The translations under genes were made by a program, and so were the position numbers. DNA of 64,000 nucleotides. Source: a virus. Its lineage: Duplodnaviria; Heunggongvirae; Uroviricota; Caudoviricetes. Location: IMG/VR virus record IMGVR_UViG_3300006100_000010; one strand, 5' to 3'. The notes beneath the pieces were generated by a model. It was not told where the DNA came from. It saw nothing but the letters and a program-made list of their open reading frames with translations, and did not search any database. Shown here piece after piece: positions 27,138 through 39,025 of this stretch (position 1 is its first letter; every line of letters starts with the position of its first letter).

Positions 27138-28115
27138 ATGGCATTTTCACCAATTTCATTACCTATCCAGGAAATATTGTTAAGCAATTTTATCCCTGAC
27201 ATTGCAACAATAACCAATGCAAACGACTTGATTTTTCAAGACACCATTGAAAACCTAATCAACAATTTTGAAATAGATCTTAATGCTCTTTCAATTGGAA
27301 CGACTAATGCAATAGCATCAGTAAAGGCAAATACAGTCATCCTACAGGACACTGGATTTATTTTTCAAACCGGTGTTCCAAACCAAATACTTTCTACCCT
27401 AACTAAGAACGGTAGCACCGAATCAGTGTTTATGGTTGATAGAATCACTGCAAATAAATCAATCACAGTTGACGTTGCCACAATTAACACAGCGACAGTA
27501 AACACAGCTGCAACTTTTGCGGGTCCTGCTACATTTAATAGCTCAATAAAGTACACACAATCGTTAATTGAGTCTAAGCAAGCAATAACAACTACCTTAG
27601 CAAAGAACGGAACTACTGCTGAGGCTAGAATCACATTGACTAAGACTTCAACTAAAAACATATTTGTTACTTTAAGTGCAACAACAGCACCTACTGCAAA
27701 TCCAGTGTATGATGGAGTTAGTGCAATCGATCCTACGATAACTAAGATTGTTCTCTATATTGACTTTGATGCAACCAATCCACCAGCACAAAACACACCA
27801 TTTACAATATATCTAGCCGATATCGTTCAGTCAACTGGAGCATCAATCTTTCCTGCAGTAATCTCAGGTCTAATTCCTTTTGTGATAAGAGGCGGCGTGA
27901 ATAACAACACGACAAATGCTGTCTATTTGCATAACTCACCAGATCCAAACGGATATGATATTGGAATCAACATAAACGGAACTAACACTATGTTAAATAG
28001 CGTTACTCCTTCACCATACAACAGCAACCTTTCAATGTTCTACATACTTGATAGCACGTCAAAGGATCGTCTGGTTGTGACTGGAATGACTGGATTGGAA
28101 TTCTTCCACCTATAA
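27138..28115 (+). CDS. structural protein (325 aa), T/N/A-rich repetitive, fiber-like
   Basis: Low-complexity threonine/asparagine-rich repeats (TINTATVNTAATFAGPATFNSS...) typical of fibrous tail or whisker proteins. Confidence 0.4.
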   Translation: MAFSPISLPIQEILLSNFIPDIATITNANDLIFQDTIENLINNFEIDLNALSIGTTNAIASVKANTVILQDTGFIFQTGVPNQILSTLTKNGSTESVFMVDRITANKSITVDVATINTATVNTAATFAGPATFNSSIKYTQSLIESKQAITTTLAKNGTTAEARITLTKTSTKNIFVTLSATTAPTANPVYDGVSAIDPTITKIVLYIDFDATNPPAQNTPFTIYLADIVQSTGASIFPAVISGLIPFVIRGGVNNNTTNAVYLHNSPDPNGYDIGININGTNTMLNSVTPSPYNSNLSMFYILDSTSKDRLVVTGMTGLEFFHL

Positions 28116-28129
28116 AAAATAAAGCTTAA

Positions 28130-30223
28130 ATGGCAGTAACACCATTAATAAAGCCTGTTCAAAATAAGAAGGGCATATTTTATAACTTTCAGAGCGCGCT
28201 TGAAGATATTAATATCACTCTAGCGAATACATCAAATGCTGTGCGTTTTTCAAAGTTTGCTCTACTTAGAATCCCTGAAATAGGAGTTCCAGTTAACTTG
28301 CCAACTGACAATAAAATTCAATTTTATGCTCAGGGCGAGACTCCTCTTATTGATGGAATCAATCCAGACAACACAGTAAACTTGGCACAGAGCTTTCAAA
28401 ATTACGCGCTTAACCTAGAGACTCTCTTAATAAGCCGTAATAATTATAAGAAGGACCAACCATTAACTGTTTCAGAAAGGGTGTTTTTTAAGTGGCTTAA
28501 GGAACTTGGAGCAATTCGTTTTCAAGATGCAAACTCACTAGAAAAGAATGTGACGACAGTAGGAACCGATCCTAGATTTGTAGAAAAAGTAGAGACCAAC
28601 TCAACATACAACCGAGTAGTAAAATATATTGGTGATATTGATGTTGTTAACACTCTTAAAAATAATAACAACTCGTATGTTGAGGCATACATTCACGTCC
28701 CTTCAAATGTTGGTACTACACCATATGTTCTATTCAAATCAGTATCAGACGTTAACTATTACGGAGGGCTTACTGTTACTAATACTCCAGCTGACCCGCT
28801 AAACTCAAAGTATCTGGCAGGAAGATCTTACACTGATGTGCATCCATTTGGACTTTCACTTCGTGCATTTTACGATCTTGATGATGGTTCAATTTATACT
28901 GAGACAAAGACAACTTCTACTGGAACCTATACAGCTAACACCTGGTTCAATCAAAACATCGATAACTCGTATTACACTGACCCAGTTGCAACATACAACC
29001 ACTCTAGCGAGCTTTACATAAGAAAAACAAAAAGCCCTGATGTAATAGAGTATGTAAGGACAAACCTTGATGGAATTTCAATTGATTTTGATCTTGCAAA
29101 CTATAAGCTTGCAACTGAGGATCCAACAATTAAGGTTTTTGCACAGTTTAACGATTACGTCGGTAACCGAGATTTTGAGTTCAATGCAATCCTCGTATAC
29201 TATGATACATACGACCCACACAACGTGGATTCAAATGGCATGCCGCTAAGTTTCACTACAAACCTGTATGGTGTTCTATTCTTAGATAGCGTTCAGCAAA
29301 AGGGTCTGGAGTTTCAAATACCGACAATAATCAAGTTTAAGCAAGATCCGCTAAACCGTACAAATGGTAACGCGTTCTCGCACAAGATGAATCTTAAGCT
29401 TGACTCATCAGTTGAGGACACTCTAGTTGAAAAGTCAATTAATGATTACTCAACATTCTCACTTGAGCTATTCACAGACGTCTTAACTCAATTTAAGAAC
29501 TTACAGCAATTATACACAGATAAACTATTGTCACTTGAGCAATTAACGCAAGATGTGACCGCAGTTAAATCTCTTCTACTTAATACTGAGACCGCTGATT
29601 CATTAAATATTAGATTAACAAATCTTGAAACTTCGTTAACTGCAAACCTTGCCCTGTTCAATAACACAGACGCAATTATGCAATTGATCACTGCTAATAG
29701 CGATCAAATAAATTCACTAATCTCAGGTGGAACTAGCGTCACAGTATCATACAACCTTGATGCAATAAAATCTGGAGACGGAATCTCGATTGATCGTAGG
29801 ACTCCAAACCGAGCAAAGATAATTAATACGAATCAGGAGTACAACATAACTCAAAATTCGATAACTAATGTATTCTCTAGCAATACTCTTGCTCTAACTA
29901 CATTCACAAACTATTTTGCTCACCAGAATGGAGGAACTCCTATTACTCTGTCTAGAGACCTAATAATTAAAATCGATGATTCAACCGTAGCTTGGTCGAC
30001 AGGCCAAACTTTAAGACTTGTGTTCGATGATGAGATTATTCCAGGAATATACAATGTTAAGTTCTATACAGATGCAAAAAATGTACAGAACTTGGGAGTT
30101 TATGGAGTTCTTATTGGAATAGCGACTGATCTTGAATTTACGCCATCAGGAAATATGCCAATATTTGAAATAATCTGCCTAGATAGTAGAACATTCAGCT
30201 TTAAGATCGATAAAATAAGATAA
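28130..30223 (+). CDS. structural protein (697 aa); function unassigned
   Basis: Long ORF in the late array. It has a coiled-coil-like segment (...LQQLYTDKLLSLEQLTQDVTAVKSLLLNTE...). I recognised no enzymatic motifs. Confidence 0.4.
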   Translation: MAVTPLIKPVQNKKGIFYNFQSALEDINITLANTSNAVRFSKFALLRIPEIGVPVNLPTDNKIQFYAQGETPLIDGINPDNTVNLAQSFQNYALNLETLLISRNNYKKDQPLTVSERVFFKWLKELGAIRFQDANSLEKNVTTVGTDPRFVEKVETNSTYNRVVKYIGDIDVVNTLKNNNNSYVEAYIHVPSNVGTTPYVLFKSVSDVNYYGGLTVTNTPADPLNSKYLAGRSYTDVHPFGLSLRAFYDLDDGSIYTETKTTSTGTYTANTWFNQNIDNSYYTDPVATYNHSSELYIRKTKSPDVIEYVRTNLDGISIDFDLANYKLATEDPTIKVFAQFNDYVGNRDFEFNAILVYYDTYDPHNVDSNGMPLSFTTNLYGVLFLDSVQQKGLEFQIPTIIKFKQDPLNRTNGNAFSHKMNLKLDSSVEDTLVEKSINDYSTFSLELFTDVLTQFKNLQQLYTDKLLSLEQLTQDVTAVKSLLLNTETADSLNIRLTNLETSLTANLALFNNTDAIMQLITANSDQINSLISGGTSVTVSYNLDAIKSGDGISIDRRTPNRAKIINTNQEYNITQNSITNVFSSNTLALTTFTNYFAHQNGGTPITLSRDLIIKIDDSTVAWSTGQTLRLVFDDEIIPGIYNVKFYTDAKNVQNLGVYGVLIGIATDLEFTPSGNMPIFEIICLDSRTFSFKIDKIR

Positions 30224-30230
30224 TATTTAG

Positions 30231-33200
30231 ATGGAAACCAAACACACGTTATCAGACGTACTAAACAGACTCATACTTGATGTGACTAATATGAACTCAT
30301 TTCTCTACAGTCTAGAGAATGTGTTAGATTCAACATCAGACAATGTGTCTGTTACACAAACAGATGCAGCTGGAACCAAGACCACAATAAACGTACCTTC
30401 ATTTGGTTACCTAAAGGGAAAGATTGAGGATATAAATACTCGATTTGAAACTCTACTCTCTACTAACAATGATGTAATAGGAATTACTTCTGCCAATGGA
30501 GATGTTAGAAAGTTTCAACTTAAAAAGACTTCCCAAGTATTGAGCGATTTAGACTCAGTATCAAATGCAGCACTTGCAATGCCATCAACTTTCAAAGTAA
30601 AGAACAACTCTTTCTTTGAATCATTTCTCAATCCTTTACTCTATGTTAGCTTAGATCTTACTGGTCTACTCACAGATGAAATGGATCAGTTTGCAGTAAA
30701 GAAGATTATTATAAACGCAGTAAATAACACGACTGCTGCTACTTACTTTGATACTAATTACAAGGGAAAGAATAATATTTCTCTAGCTACTCTAAAATCA
30801 GATCTTGATGCAAATGGAATAGACTATTTTGAAGACGATAATATAGTTGACATTGACACTGCTATCAACAGGTTTAAGGGAACGTTTGATGTTTTAAGGA
30901 TCTTAAATGAGACCGGAAATCAAACTCTAAACAATAACACAACTGTATCAGTTGAGAGAATACGATATAAGCTTAGTACCCTAAATTACACTGATGTTTT
31001 ATCAGGATTCCAAAACACAAAGATACTTGCAGTAGGCGACACTTTAGTAACTAATGGAGACTCTGAGTACGTCATACTTTCCGTAAATGCAACAGACACT
31101 GAGGTAGTTCTTCAAAGAACCTTTGGTATTAATCCAATTACAATAGGTGCAGCAGAGCTTAGAATAAAACCCGTGCCGTATCGTGCTCCTGAAATAAACG
31201 TGAATCTTGGATTCAATGAGAGAGTTATTGTCTTCCTTAAGCCAATTAGCAAATCAAACAATATCACAGCTGACGTTTACTCAAATGGTGTAGCATTCTA
31301 CTCAAATGACCTTACTATTCCTTTACAAGACAATAGCACAACTACTCTAGGAACTTACTACAATAACTTTGTATCGGACTTTGGTCTCATACTCCTTAAC
31401 ATGGCAAAGGAGAAGAAGATACCTGCAATTATTGCAGCTACACCAGTTGCTCCTACACTAGACGCTGGTAATTTCAAAGTTGTCCAAGTGGATAAACACA
31501 TACAGGACGACAAGAATATTGCCAACATCACTAGCACAATTCAAGAAAAAGCTCAGGTTGAGCAAGAAGTATTGGAGTTAAACAAGCAGATCTCTGACAT
31601 TAAGGCACAAATCACAACTACATCAAAAACTCCACAGGAAGCTCAACGTCTACAAAAACAACTTACTGACTCGCTCACTGCAAGGGACCAAAAGGTAACT
31701 AACCTTTCGACTCTTGTAACCAACGCAACTCTACAAATATCAACGACTCCACAGTTTATCACAAATAGACAGTATGCAGTTAGAGGATTTTGGCAAATAC
31801 CAACTCCTTTAAGTACGGCATATGGTATGCAGAATATTGTGCAATTTAGATACAGGTATCGTTACTTAAGCGCAGCTGGAAACCAACCTGCCGCAAATCA
31901 ACAGACCTTCCTAGATACTGATGGAACTCAAAAAGCAGCTGCTTTTTCTCCATGGGTAGAAGTCCTAACTAAGCCTCGATCAAAGACTCTAAATACGACT
32001 ACTGGTCTTTATGATTGGGCAACTGAGAATGTTTCTGACCCTAACACGGTAAACACAAACCAACTAGACATACCTATTCGTAAAGGTGAGATAGTTGAGA
32101 TACAAGTTCAGTCCCTATCTGAAGCAGGTTGGCCGGAAAATCCGGCAACATCTGCCTGGTCAACATCAGTTCAAATACCTTTCCCTGCTGACATTTCATC
32201 TACTGAGGAAGGCACAGTCATTTCTCAAAAGCTATTTGCAGATAAGACCCGATTGGACTTTGAAAAGACTCTTACTTCTAGAGGAGTTGACACTCACATC
32301 GCTAATCAGTTTACGACTGGCGATAAATTCTATGCGCACAAAGCACAGGACATTGCGAGCGGATTTTATAACGCTACCGGTGGAGTGATCGACCTCTTCC
32401 AACAACTCACTACCCTTTCAAACACTCTAACTGCGATCCAGCAATCGATTGCTCTAGATAAGGGAGTGATCAAAGTAAGCATCACAGATTCCGATGGAAA
32501 CTCATCTGACATATCTAATGGTGACACAGTTAGCCTCTTTGCCGGTTACTATCGTGATCTTATAAAGGACACGACTGGCGGAACTACTGTTTACAATGAG
32601 GGTCGAGTGATAACTAAACAATACTCACTAACGATACAAAATACTTCGGCAACTCAGCTTGAACTTATCTCTCTACTCTTTGGTGGAATTGATACTCTAT
32701 GCGATCTTAGCGATCCTATTGCTCATCCAACAGATGACTATCACGTAAATCGCAGATACGATGTCGTTCCGCTTGGAGTAAATAAAAACCAGACAGCTAT
32801 CGCACCTGCTCTTTTCAAGCAAATACCTAGCACACAATCCGGTCAAGTAAAGAGCCAGTTCATCTATTCTAGAGACAAGAATTACGGACTCTCCGAGGAA
32901 CTTTACGTTGCCGTAAGCTCAGCAAACGATTACGTATCGACTGCGTATAACTTCCAGGGACAGACTCCTTCTGGCGCTAGCGCAATCGTACCTTATGATT
33001 GGGGTCACTATCTTCCATACGATCCTAGCTATCCATCTTCAGCAACAGCAAGTGCAAAGGTTTGGGCAGGAACAATCACGAGCGGAGCGCCAGATACTGG
33101 AGGTAAGCTTTCAGAATTCTGTATAAGCAAGGACCATCCATATCTCAAGTCATTCACAGGAACTGTTGCTTCCTTTGATCCGGCCGTATTCTATCTTCCA

Positions 33201-33776
33201 GCATTTGATAGTCCGTACGCAACTTCTGCCCAAAAATACCTGCCATTTGCTCACTCGCTTCACTTTGAATCGTCAGTAGCAGAAGCTAAGGATAATTTTG
33301 GAGTGTCTTATTATAAACAGGCAAGTCGAGTGACACCTGCGGCTCCGGTATCAACAGTTGGAGCAACAAACAACTATCCAATAAAACTTGGATTTACGCC
33401 AAACGACGAATACCTAATCGGTAAATATTCTTGTGGATCATATCTTTACATGTTCCCAGTAAACTATGAAGCAATTTCAGTGACTGGTAACTTCCCTGCT
33501 ATTTCAAGCACAGTTATAAAGACTGGAACTGAGAATGCAATCAATATCCCGATTCTATTTCAATTTAGATGTTCTGATAAGTTGGGATATATTGGAGGAT
33601 ATAGAACCAGCGGTACACTAAACAATATAAAATATCAAAAGAAGATCGGGATTGACATCATCGTTAAAAACGATGTGCCTTTCTCATTTGACTTGGAAAT
33701 CAGCGGCCAGTACACTAAAGAAACTTCTCTAGATGCACCACTTGTCCAAAGCAAAGGAACGATCAAGACATTCTAA
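30231..33776 (+). CDS. large structural protein (1181 aa); function unassigned
   Basis: Long ORF. It has an internal coiled coil (EKAQVEQEVLELNKQISDIKAQITTTSKTPQEAQRLQKQLTD) flanked by beta-rich T/S/N-rich domains. Confidence 0.4.
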   Translation: METKHTLSDVLNRLILDVTNMNSFLYSLENVLDSTSDNVSVTQTDAAGTKTTINVPSFGYLKGKIEDINTRFETLLSTNNDVIGITSANGDVRKFQLKKTSQVLSDLDSVSNAALAMPSTFKVKNNSFFESFLNPLLYVSLDLTGLLTDEMDQFAVKKIIINAVNNTTAATYFDTNYKGKNNISLATLKSDLDANGIDYFEDDNIVDIDTAINRFKGTFDVLRILNETGNQTLNNNTTVSVERIRYKLSTLNYTDVLSGFQNTKILAVGDTLVTNGDSEYVILSVNATDTEVVLQRTFGINPITIGAAELRIKPVPYRAPEINVNLGFNERVIVFLKPISKSNNITADVYSNGVAFYSNDLTIPLQDNSTTTLGTYYNNFVSDFGLILLNMAKEKKIPAIIAATPVAPTLDAGNFKVVQVDKHIQDDKNIANITSTIQEKAQVEQEVLELNKQISDIKAQITTTSKTPQEAQRLQKQLTDSLTARDQKVTNLSTLVTNATLQISTTPQFITNRQYAVRGFWQIPTPLSTAYGMQNIVQFRYRYRYLSAAGNQPAANQQTFLDTDGTQKAAAFSPWVEVLTKPRSKTLNTTTGLYDWATENVSDPNTVNTNQLDIPIRKGEIVEIQVQSLSEAGWPENPATSAWSTSVQIPFPADISSTEEGTVISQKLFADKTRLDFEKTLTSRGVDTHIANQFTTGDKFYAHKAQDIASGFYNATGGVIDLFQQLTTLSNTLTAIQQSIALDKGVIKVSITDSDGNSSDISNGDTVSLFAGYYRDLIKDTTGGTTVYNEGRVITKQYSLTIQNTSATQLELISLLFGGIDTLCDLSDPIAHPTDDYHVNRRYDVVPLGVNKNQTAIAPALFKQIPSTQSGQVKSQFIYSRDKNYGLSEELYVAVSSANDYVSTAYNFQGQTPSGASAIVPYDWGHYLPYDPSYPSSATASAKVWAGTITSGAPDTGGKLSEFCISKDHPYLKSFTGTVASFDPAVFYLPAFDSPYATSAQKYLPFAHSLHFESSVAEAKDNFGVSYYKQASRVTPAAPVSTVGATNNYPIKLGFTPNDEYLIGKYSCGSYLYMFPVNYEAISVTGNFPAISSTVIKTGTENAINIPILFQFRCSDKLGYIGGYRTSGTLNNIKYQKKIGIDIIVKNDVPFSFDLEISGQYTKETSLDAPLVQSKGTIKTF

Positions 33777-33779
33777 TAA

Positions 33780-36700
33780 ATGGCTCGTACAATCTCATAT
33801 ACTAATGTACTAACTGAGGACGCTAGTTTTCAATTGGTAAGGACAAATCCAAAGCTTACTGGAAACATTAAGCTTACGATTGATGAATCTGGTGGACTCT
33901 ACTTAGACTCAATAAAAGCAAATCAGGAGTTATCAAAGGATGACTATTCAAAGTTTCCAATTGATACTACCCAGTCTTTGCCAGCAAACGTGTACCAGTT
34001 CTTTAAGAACGGTACAACACCAAACGAGATTATTTTTAGCCTTACTGAGAATGTCGATGTCACCAAGACTTCAAAGAACTACAAGGACCAATACGATTTC
34101 TCAAACTACTTTAGCGGAGTAAAGTACTTTCCTTCAAATAAGTACACAGAGAGACTTGCATATTTTGCTCCACTTTACCTAAAGAAAACCCTGCCAAATT
34201 ACTTTGTGATCTTCAAGATCAACGATCCGATCAATTACAAAGTCGATGTGTCTAAGGCAAATTACGAAGCCGGAGAAGCACGTGATCAGTACTTGATTGA
34301 CATGTTCAAGAACGCGACGATCATAAAGACTTTTGACTTAAGCGAGAACAGTGCTCCTGGAAAATATCTTAGATCTTACCTGAACAACCCAGGGTATCCC
34401 GTGAGTCCGCTAACTGTATCATTTAACGAAGCTGACTACACTACCTGGAATGGCATCCTGGTAAATGCAGGAGTATTTGGAAGCAGAGGCGAACTATTTT
34501 ACAAGCAATACACTGAATCCACACCACTAAAGTTCTTTGAGGAGAATATTACTAACGGGTTTAGCCGTAACGGAGTGATTGCGCCAAACATATTAAATAT
34601 TGAGTTCGTATTTAACGATGACACGTCAGTCCCTTATGAGTTTAACCGATACGTTGGACTCTATGTCGATACTGTTGAGCTTTCTCAATTAGACATAGAT
34701 CTTGATCGTATTTATGCTGAGAGAGGCAGTTGGCCAAACGAACCCAGATTTCGTAAGAAATACTATGAGTATGAAAGTGTTGTGTTGAAACAGACAAACC
34801 CAACAGGAGTTGTCCTGCCTCACAAGAACCTGGACATAAACTTGTCTGAGTTCTCTAACATATTCACAGACTCGCAGACTCTCTACTTTAACTACCTTAG
34901 TGATAAGGACGGTAACCTTCACTTACCTAAGCTAAGCTCGCCTTATTCAATTGATCTCCTTAACTCGGTCTCAGTTGATCTTACTTCAAGTGGGACTCTA
35001 GTCACTGCAACTACTGCAGGACACCTATTCAACACCGATGATTTCGTAACGGTGACTAGTGTAGATCCTGAGTATTCAGGAAGCTTTTTTGTGACCCGAA
35101 TTTCAGATACTGTCTTTACTTACCTTGTTACTGCAATACCAGGCTCACCGACTGCTACTGGCTCTGCCGCACAGGAGGAAGGTTACGGTAAAATAACGCT
35201 AAGCGACAAATCAATTGACTTGGGAAAATTCTTTGGTCCTAGTGATTCGATATTTTTACAGGATATTGGAAACGCCAGCCTCATTGCCGGAAGGTCACAC
35301 ATTGCGATAAAATTCAAGAATCTGCTTAATGACCTTGATGAATTTAGATTATATCACCCTCATGGCACAAGAGTTGACTCAAACGGTAAATACGACCTAT
35401 TTACTGCAACTGTCGGCTACTCACTAGTTCCAAACGCCGGCGACTATTACTTCTTCAACGATTATTCTGGAACAGTAGGTCATGACACATTCTATTTCAA
35501 TGCAAGCGGACTCATTACTGAAGTTGTCTCTGCATTTGTTGGCTGCTTAAATAAAGTAAGAAATCGCAGCTTTACTGCCTTTGCATATGACGACTACGTT
35601 TTCATTAAGGTGCAAGTGAACGGCGATCACGATAGTAAGTATTCAATCAATTATGAATCACAAGTTGGTGACTATTCACGAGTTGAGATTGGAGGAGTCA
35701 CAGGAACTCAATTAAGCGGAGCCTACACCAATTTTGTAGGAGGATCCAGCTTTTCGGGAAATAGACTCATTATTGACTCGTCACACCTTTCAAAAATACT
35801 AGCAGACCAGTCAAACCTTTTAGTGAAGACAGCTAGCGGCTGGTCTAAAATCCTAAAGGTCACACAATACATCGATGACGTTACCCCAGAGAATCAGATT
35901 CTTTCCTCGACTAGAGCAACTGCAATCACTTCGTATTTGAATAAAATTGCGCTTGTGTTAGAGCTTAATGATACGCCAACTATCTCATACCGTGAGTTTG
36001 CAATAAGAAAGAAATTTAGACCGGGTTTTGGCTTCATCTCGCTTTTTCCAATAAAGGACCTTGACTTTGACTTTTATTATAGTGACTATGCTAGATTTCC
36101 AGAGATAGATCTCTATCAAAATTACTTTGTTCCTGCAAATACCCTAATGTTGGAGCCATCAAAAACATATTCTGTTGTAAACGGAACAATTGAAGTAAAC
36201 GGAAGCCAATATGCAAGTGGAAGCACCTTTACTGTAATGGATCTTTCCAAATACACAATTGTTCTTGGAAATCCTCTAGTTTCTCTTTATTCAGCAACGT
36301 CTCCAAGCCTACTATATCCAATAAATGATCAAAACAAAGAGCTAACCGACTTTACTGGATTTTCAATATTAAAGGATCCATCAACTGTAGTTCCTCAAAC
36401 AAATACTGAAGAGTATGAATTAAGGACTAAATATATAAACGGACTCTCTACGACTGAGTACGATTATTATAAAGAAAATGCAACTAAAGACTTTGCGACT
36501 CGTTCTAAGATTATTCCATACATAACTAAGTGGAGGTTTAAGGACGGCACAGATAGTAGAAGTAACCCATATCGACTCAATACCGAGTTGGTCTTTGGCC
36601 GAAATAACTTTTCTCCAGACCACACAGATAGAACCCAAAATCCAGCTAACTTTACTCACGAGTGGTTTTACATAGAGAGTAAGTTCAATTATGCAAATGA

Positions 36701-39023
36701 CCTGGAGACTATCAAACAAAACTTCTACTATTTTGATTCACCATTGGATCCGGCATTTATACTAAGGGATCCCAATTACTTTATTGATTATTTTACCTAT
36801 GTTCCTTCTGCTGAAATTAACGGAACACTGACAGAAGTAGGACACTCTCAATTTAGGTACTCAACGATATTTAAGAATGTTGCAGGACAGTACGAGACTT
36901 TCTTTAAAGGCTTTAAGGCAATATTTAAAGACGTAACTGATCCTACTGTAAAGGGCGCAGATGGAAAACCCGTCGCAAACCCGAATACTACAAGATTCAA
37001 TGATTATAAATTTAGCTGCATACTAAAACCAGTAAAAGAAGACTTTACAAATCAAAACAACGGACCTGTTCCACCTATTAAATACAGAGTAATAGAACAC
37101 AAGGACTTTAAGTTTATTCTTGTAGTTATTGAGATCTCAGTTGGTTATTTGGACCAGATCGATCCTTACTGGAGCGCAACTGGAGAAACCTATACTTCGA
37201 TTGGAACTTCTGCAAGCTCAGCGCCTGTGATATTCTTTGGCGATACGTCAATTGGCTCAGTACCAGCATACTCAACCGTAAATGGTGACTATAGAATAGC
37301 GTTTGACTCAGATAACGTTTCCAATATTTCTCATGGGCTTCTCTATTCCCTAAAACACAAGAAGTTCAATAACGCCCTAAATAATTATTCAAACGTTAGA
37401 CTTTCCTCTAAGCTTTCTCTTGTTGCAAGCGGAGTTCACATAGGAATAGACGGAGGAACAATTGATCAAATCGTAAATCCACAATTTGCAAACTATCCAT
37501 CAATACTATCTGATGAGATCTTGCTTCCTAGTGCAAGCAAGATGATATTGGCAACAAATTATAGCTTTCCTACTCCACAAGTCACTTTTATTGATACGAT
37601 AAACGGATTTTATTCCACAAACTCAAATCCAATAACTAGTGTAGGTGAGACGAGCGTTCAATACACACTCACACCTACTGGATTTATTGGACTTTCTACT
37701 TTCACAGCAACTCCGCCATACACAAACTATATTCAGCCGCTGCCTCTTATTCCAAATAGTTTTGAGCAGGTGATACGTGATAAATTTGTTTTCTCTGTTT
37801 TTGGCGGAGGCGAAAGATATTTTGAGAAATTATTGGAGAAGATCTCTTTCTCTAAGTTTAAAGAATATGTAAACTCGCTTAATCCTATAATTGAGTTTGA
37901 GTCGTATTCGCTAGACCCTAGTGGCAACCCAGTAAAGTCTGCAACTCCAAACTATTACTTTGAAATTGCTGATCAATCAATCGTTGCCAAGAAAAACCAA
38001 ACTATTGTAAATATCGATAACGATAAACCAACTCAATTCTCATTTAGCCAGACAATAGGATATACTTATGAGACTGTGAATCTAAACAACACAGTTGATC
38101 TAAATCGATATAAAGGAGAATATGAGCCAATCGCGAAAGATGTCCTTTTCTGTAATTCAACCTTTGTATTTAGTCACAATAAAATATCTGACATAAAGCT
38201 AGCTAACATTCAGCTAAATACTCAAATCTCAGATCTCTTGACTATCCAAAACTTTAGTCACATCAAAGTATCAGATTTGAAAATATTGCTTTTGGAATCT
38301 GATAATTCATACTTACCAAAGTATCCGGCAGTTAGCGAAGTTGCGATAGGCCAGGCACCATACTTCTTACTTGGAAGTAACTGGGACTGGGGATTTCACC
38401 ATAAGTATGTGAATAGCGCAAATTATGTCCCAGCTGCAGGCTCTTCTCGAGTAGAAGAGGACGAAAGCTTTATAGGAAAAATCGTTGCTGTTCCTAGCGA
38501 AATAGCTCTAACTTCTTTTGTTGAATATTTAGTACCTGCAGGACAAAAGCTTGAATCAATTGACTTGACAGATAAAGAACTTGTGGTAATTGAAAACCAA
38601 ACAACTGTAGATGGATATATTAACCTAGCAAACGTTCTTACCTCTTATTTCATAAACAACGGAATTAGCCAAAAATTCAATGAGTTCCTAGTGAATCAAA
38701 ACCAATTCATTGGAAATTATAACTCAATTGAGGCATATGTGCGTGATTATATTGCGCTCAATCTTCTTAAGTTGTATGACCTAGACACCGCTGATTTTTA
38801 CACTAAGCGTGATGCTACTGTTACTACAACAAACGGAGCAAGCAATCCAAATTCAATCCAGTTTGTGTTCCTTAACGACGATCAACGCTTTAAGCAGGGA
38901 TATACTCTATCTAAGTCAGCCATAATAAATAAAAAAGACAGACTAATACTTAAATTTAGCATACAGAAAAATCTCAATGCCGGATTACTAGTAAGTCCTT
39001 CGATAAAAATTAAATTCATCTAA
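33780..39023 (+). CDS. giant structural protein (1747 aa); function unassigned (baseplate/fiber/decoration candidate)
   Basis: 5.2 kb ORF. Its start overlaps the upstream stop (TAAATGG). Composition is beta-rich, aromatic and Asn-rich throughout. Confidence 0.4.
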   Translation: MARTISYTNVLTEDASFQLVRTNPKLTGNIKLTIDESGGLYLDSIKANQELSKDDYSKFPIDTTQSLPANVYQFFKNGTTPNEIIFSLTENVDVTKTSKNYKDQYDFSNYFSGVKYFPSNKYTERLAYFAPLYLKKTLPNYFVIFKINDPINYKVDVSKANYEAGEARDQYLIDMFKNATIIKTFDLSENSAPGKYLRSYLNNPGYPVSPLTVSFNEADYTTWNGILVNAGVFGSRGELFYKQYTESTPLKFFEENITNGFSRNGVIAPNILNIEFVFNDDTSVPYEFNRYVGLYVDTVELSQLDIDLDRIYAERGSWPNEPRFRKKYYEYESVVLKQTNPTGVVLPHKNLDINLSEFSNIFTDSQTLYFNYLSDKDGNLHLPKLSSPYSIDLLNSVSVDLTSSGTLVTATTAGHLFNTDDFVTVTSVDPEYSGSFFVTRISDTVFTYLVTAIPGSPTATGSAAQEEGYGKITLSDKSIDLGKFFGPSDSIFLQDIGNASLIAGRSHIAIKFKNLLNDLDEFRLYHPHGTRVDSNGKYDLFTATVGYSLVPNAGDYYFFNDYSGTVGHDTFYFNASGLITEVVSAFVGCLNKVRNRSFTAFAYDDYVFIKVQVNGDHDSKYSINYESQVGDYSRVEIGGVTGTQLSGAYTNFVGGSSFSGNRLIIDSSHLSKILADQSNLLVKTASGWSKILKVTQYIDDVTPENQILSSTRATAITSYLNKIALVLELNDTPTISYREFAIRKKFRPGFGFISLFPIKDLDFDFYYSDYARFPEIDLYQNYFVPANTLMLEPSKTYSVVNGTIEVNGSQYASGSTFTVMDLSKYTIVLGNPLVSLYSATSPSLLYPINDQNKELTDFTGFSILKDPSTVVPQTNTEEYELRTKYINGLSTTEYDYYKENATKDFATRSKIIPYITKWRFKDGTDSRSNPYRLNTELVFGRNNFSPDHTDRTQNPANFTHEWFYIESKFNYANDLETIKQNFYYFDSPLDPAFILRDPNYFIDYFTYVPSAEINGTLTEVGHSQFRYSTIFKNVAGQYETFFKGFKAIFKDVTDPTVKGADGKPVANPNTTRFNDYKFSCILKPVKEDFTNQNNGPVPPIKYRVIEHKDFKFILVVIEISVGYLDQIDPYWSATGETYTSIGTSASSAPVIFFGDTSIGSVPAYSTVNGDYRIAFDSDNVSNISHGLLYSLKHKKFNNALNNYSNVRLSSKLSLVASGVHIGIDGGTIDQIVNPQFANYPSILSDEILLPSASKMILATNYSFPTPQVTFIDTINGFYSTNSNPITSVGETSVQYTLTPTGFIGLSTFTATPPYTNYIQPLPLIPNSFEQVIRDKFVFSVFGGGERYFEKLLEKISFSKFKEYVNSLNPIIEFESYSLDPSGNPVKSATPNYYFEIADQSIVAKKNQTIVNIDNDKPTQFSFSQTIGYTYETVNLNNTVDLNRYKGEYEPIAKDVLFCNSTFVFSHNKISDIKLANIQLNTQISDLLTIQNFSHIKVSDLKILLLESDNSYLPKYPAVSEVAIGQAPYFLLGSNWDWGFHHKYVNSANYVPAAGSSRVEEDESFIGKIVAVPSEIALTSFVEYLVPAGQKLESIDLTDKELVVIENQTTVDGYINLANVLTSYFINNGISQKFNEFLVNQNQFIGNYNSIEAYVRDYIALNLLKLYDLDTADFYTKRDATVTTTNGASNPNSIQFVFLNDDQRFKQGYTLSKSAIINKKDRLILKFSIQKNLNAGLLVSPSIKIKFI

Positions 39024-39025
39024 AG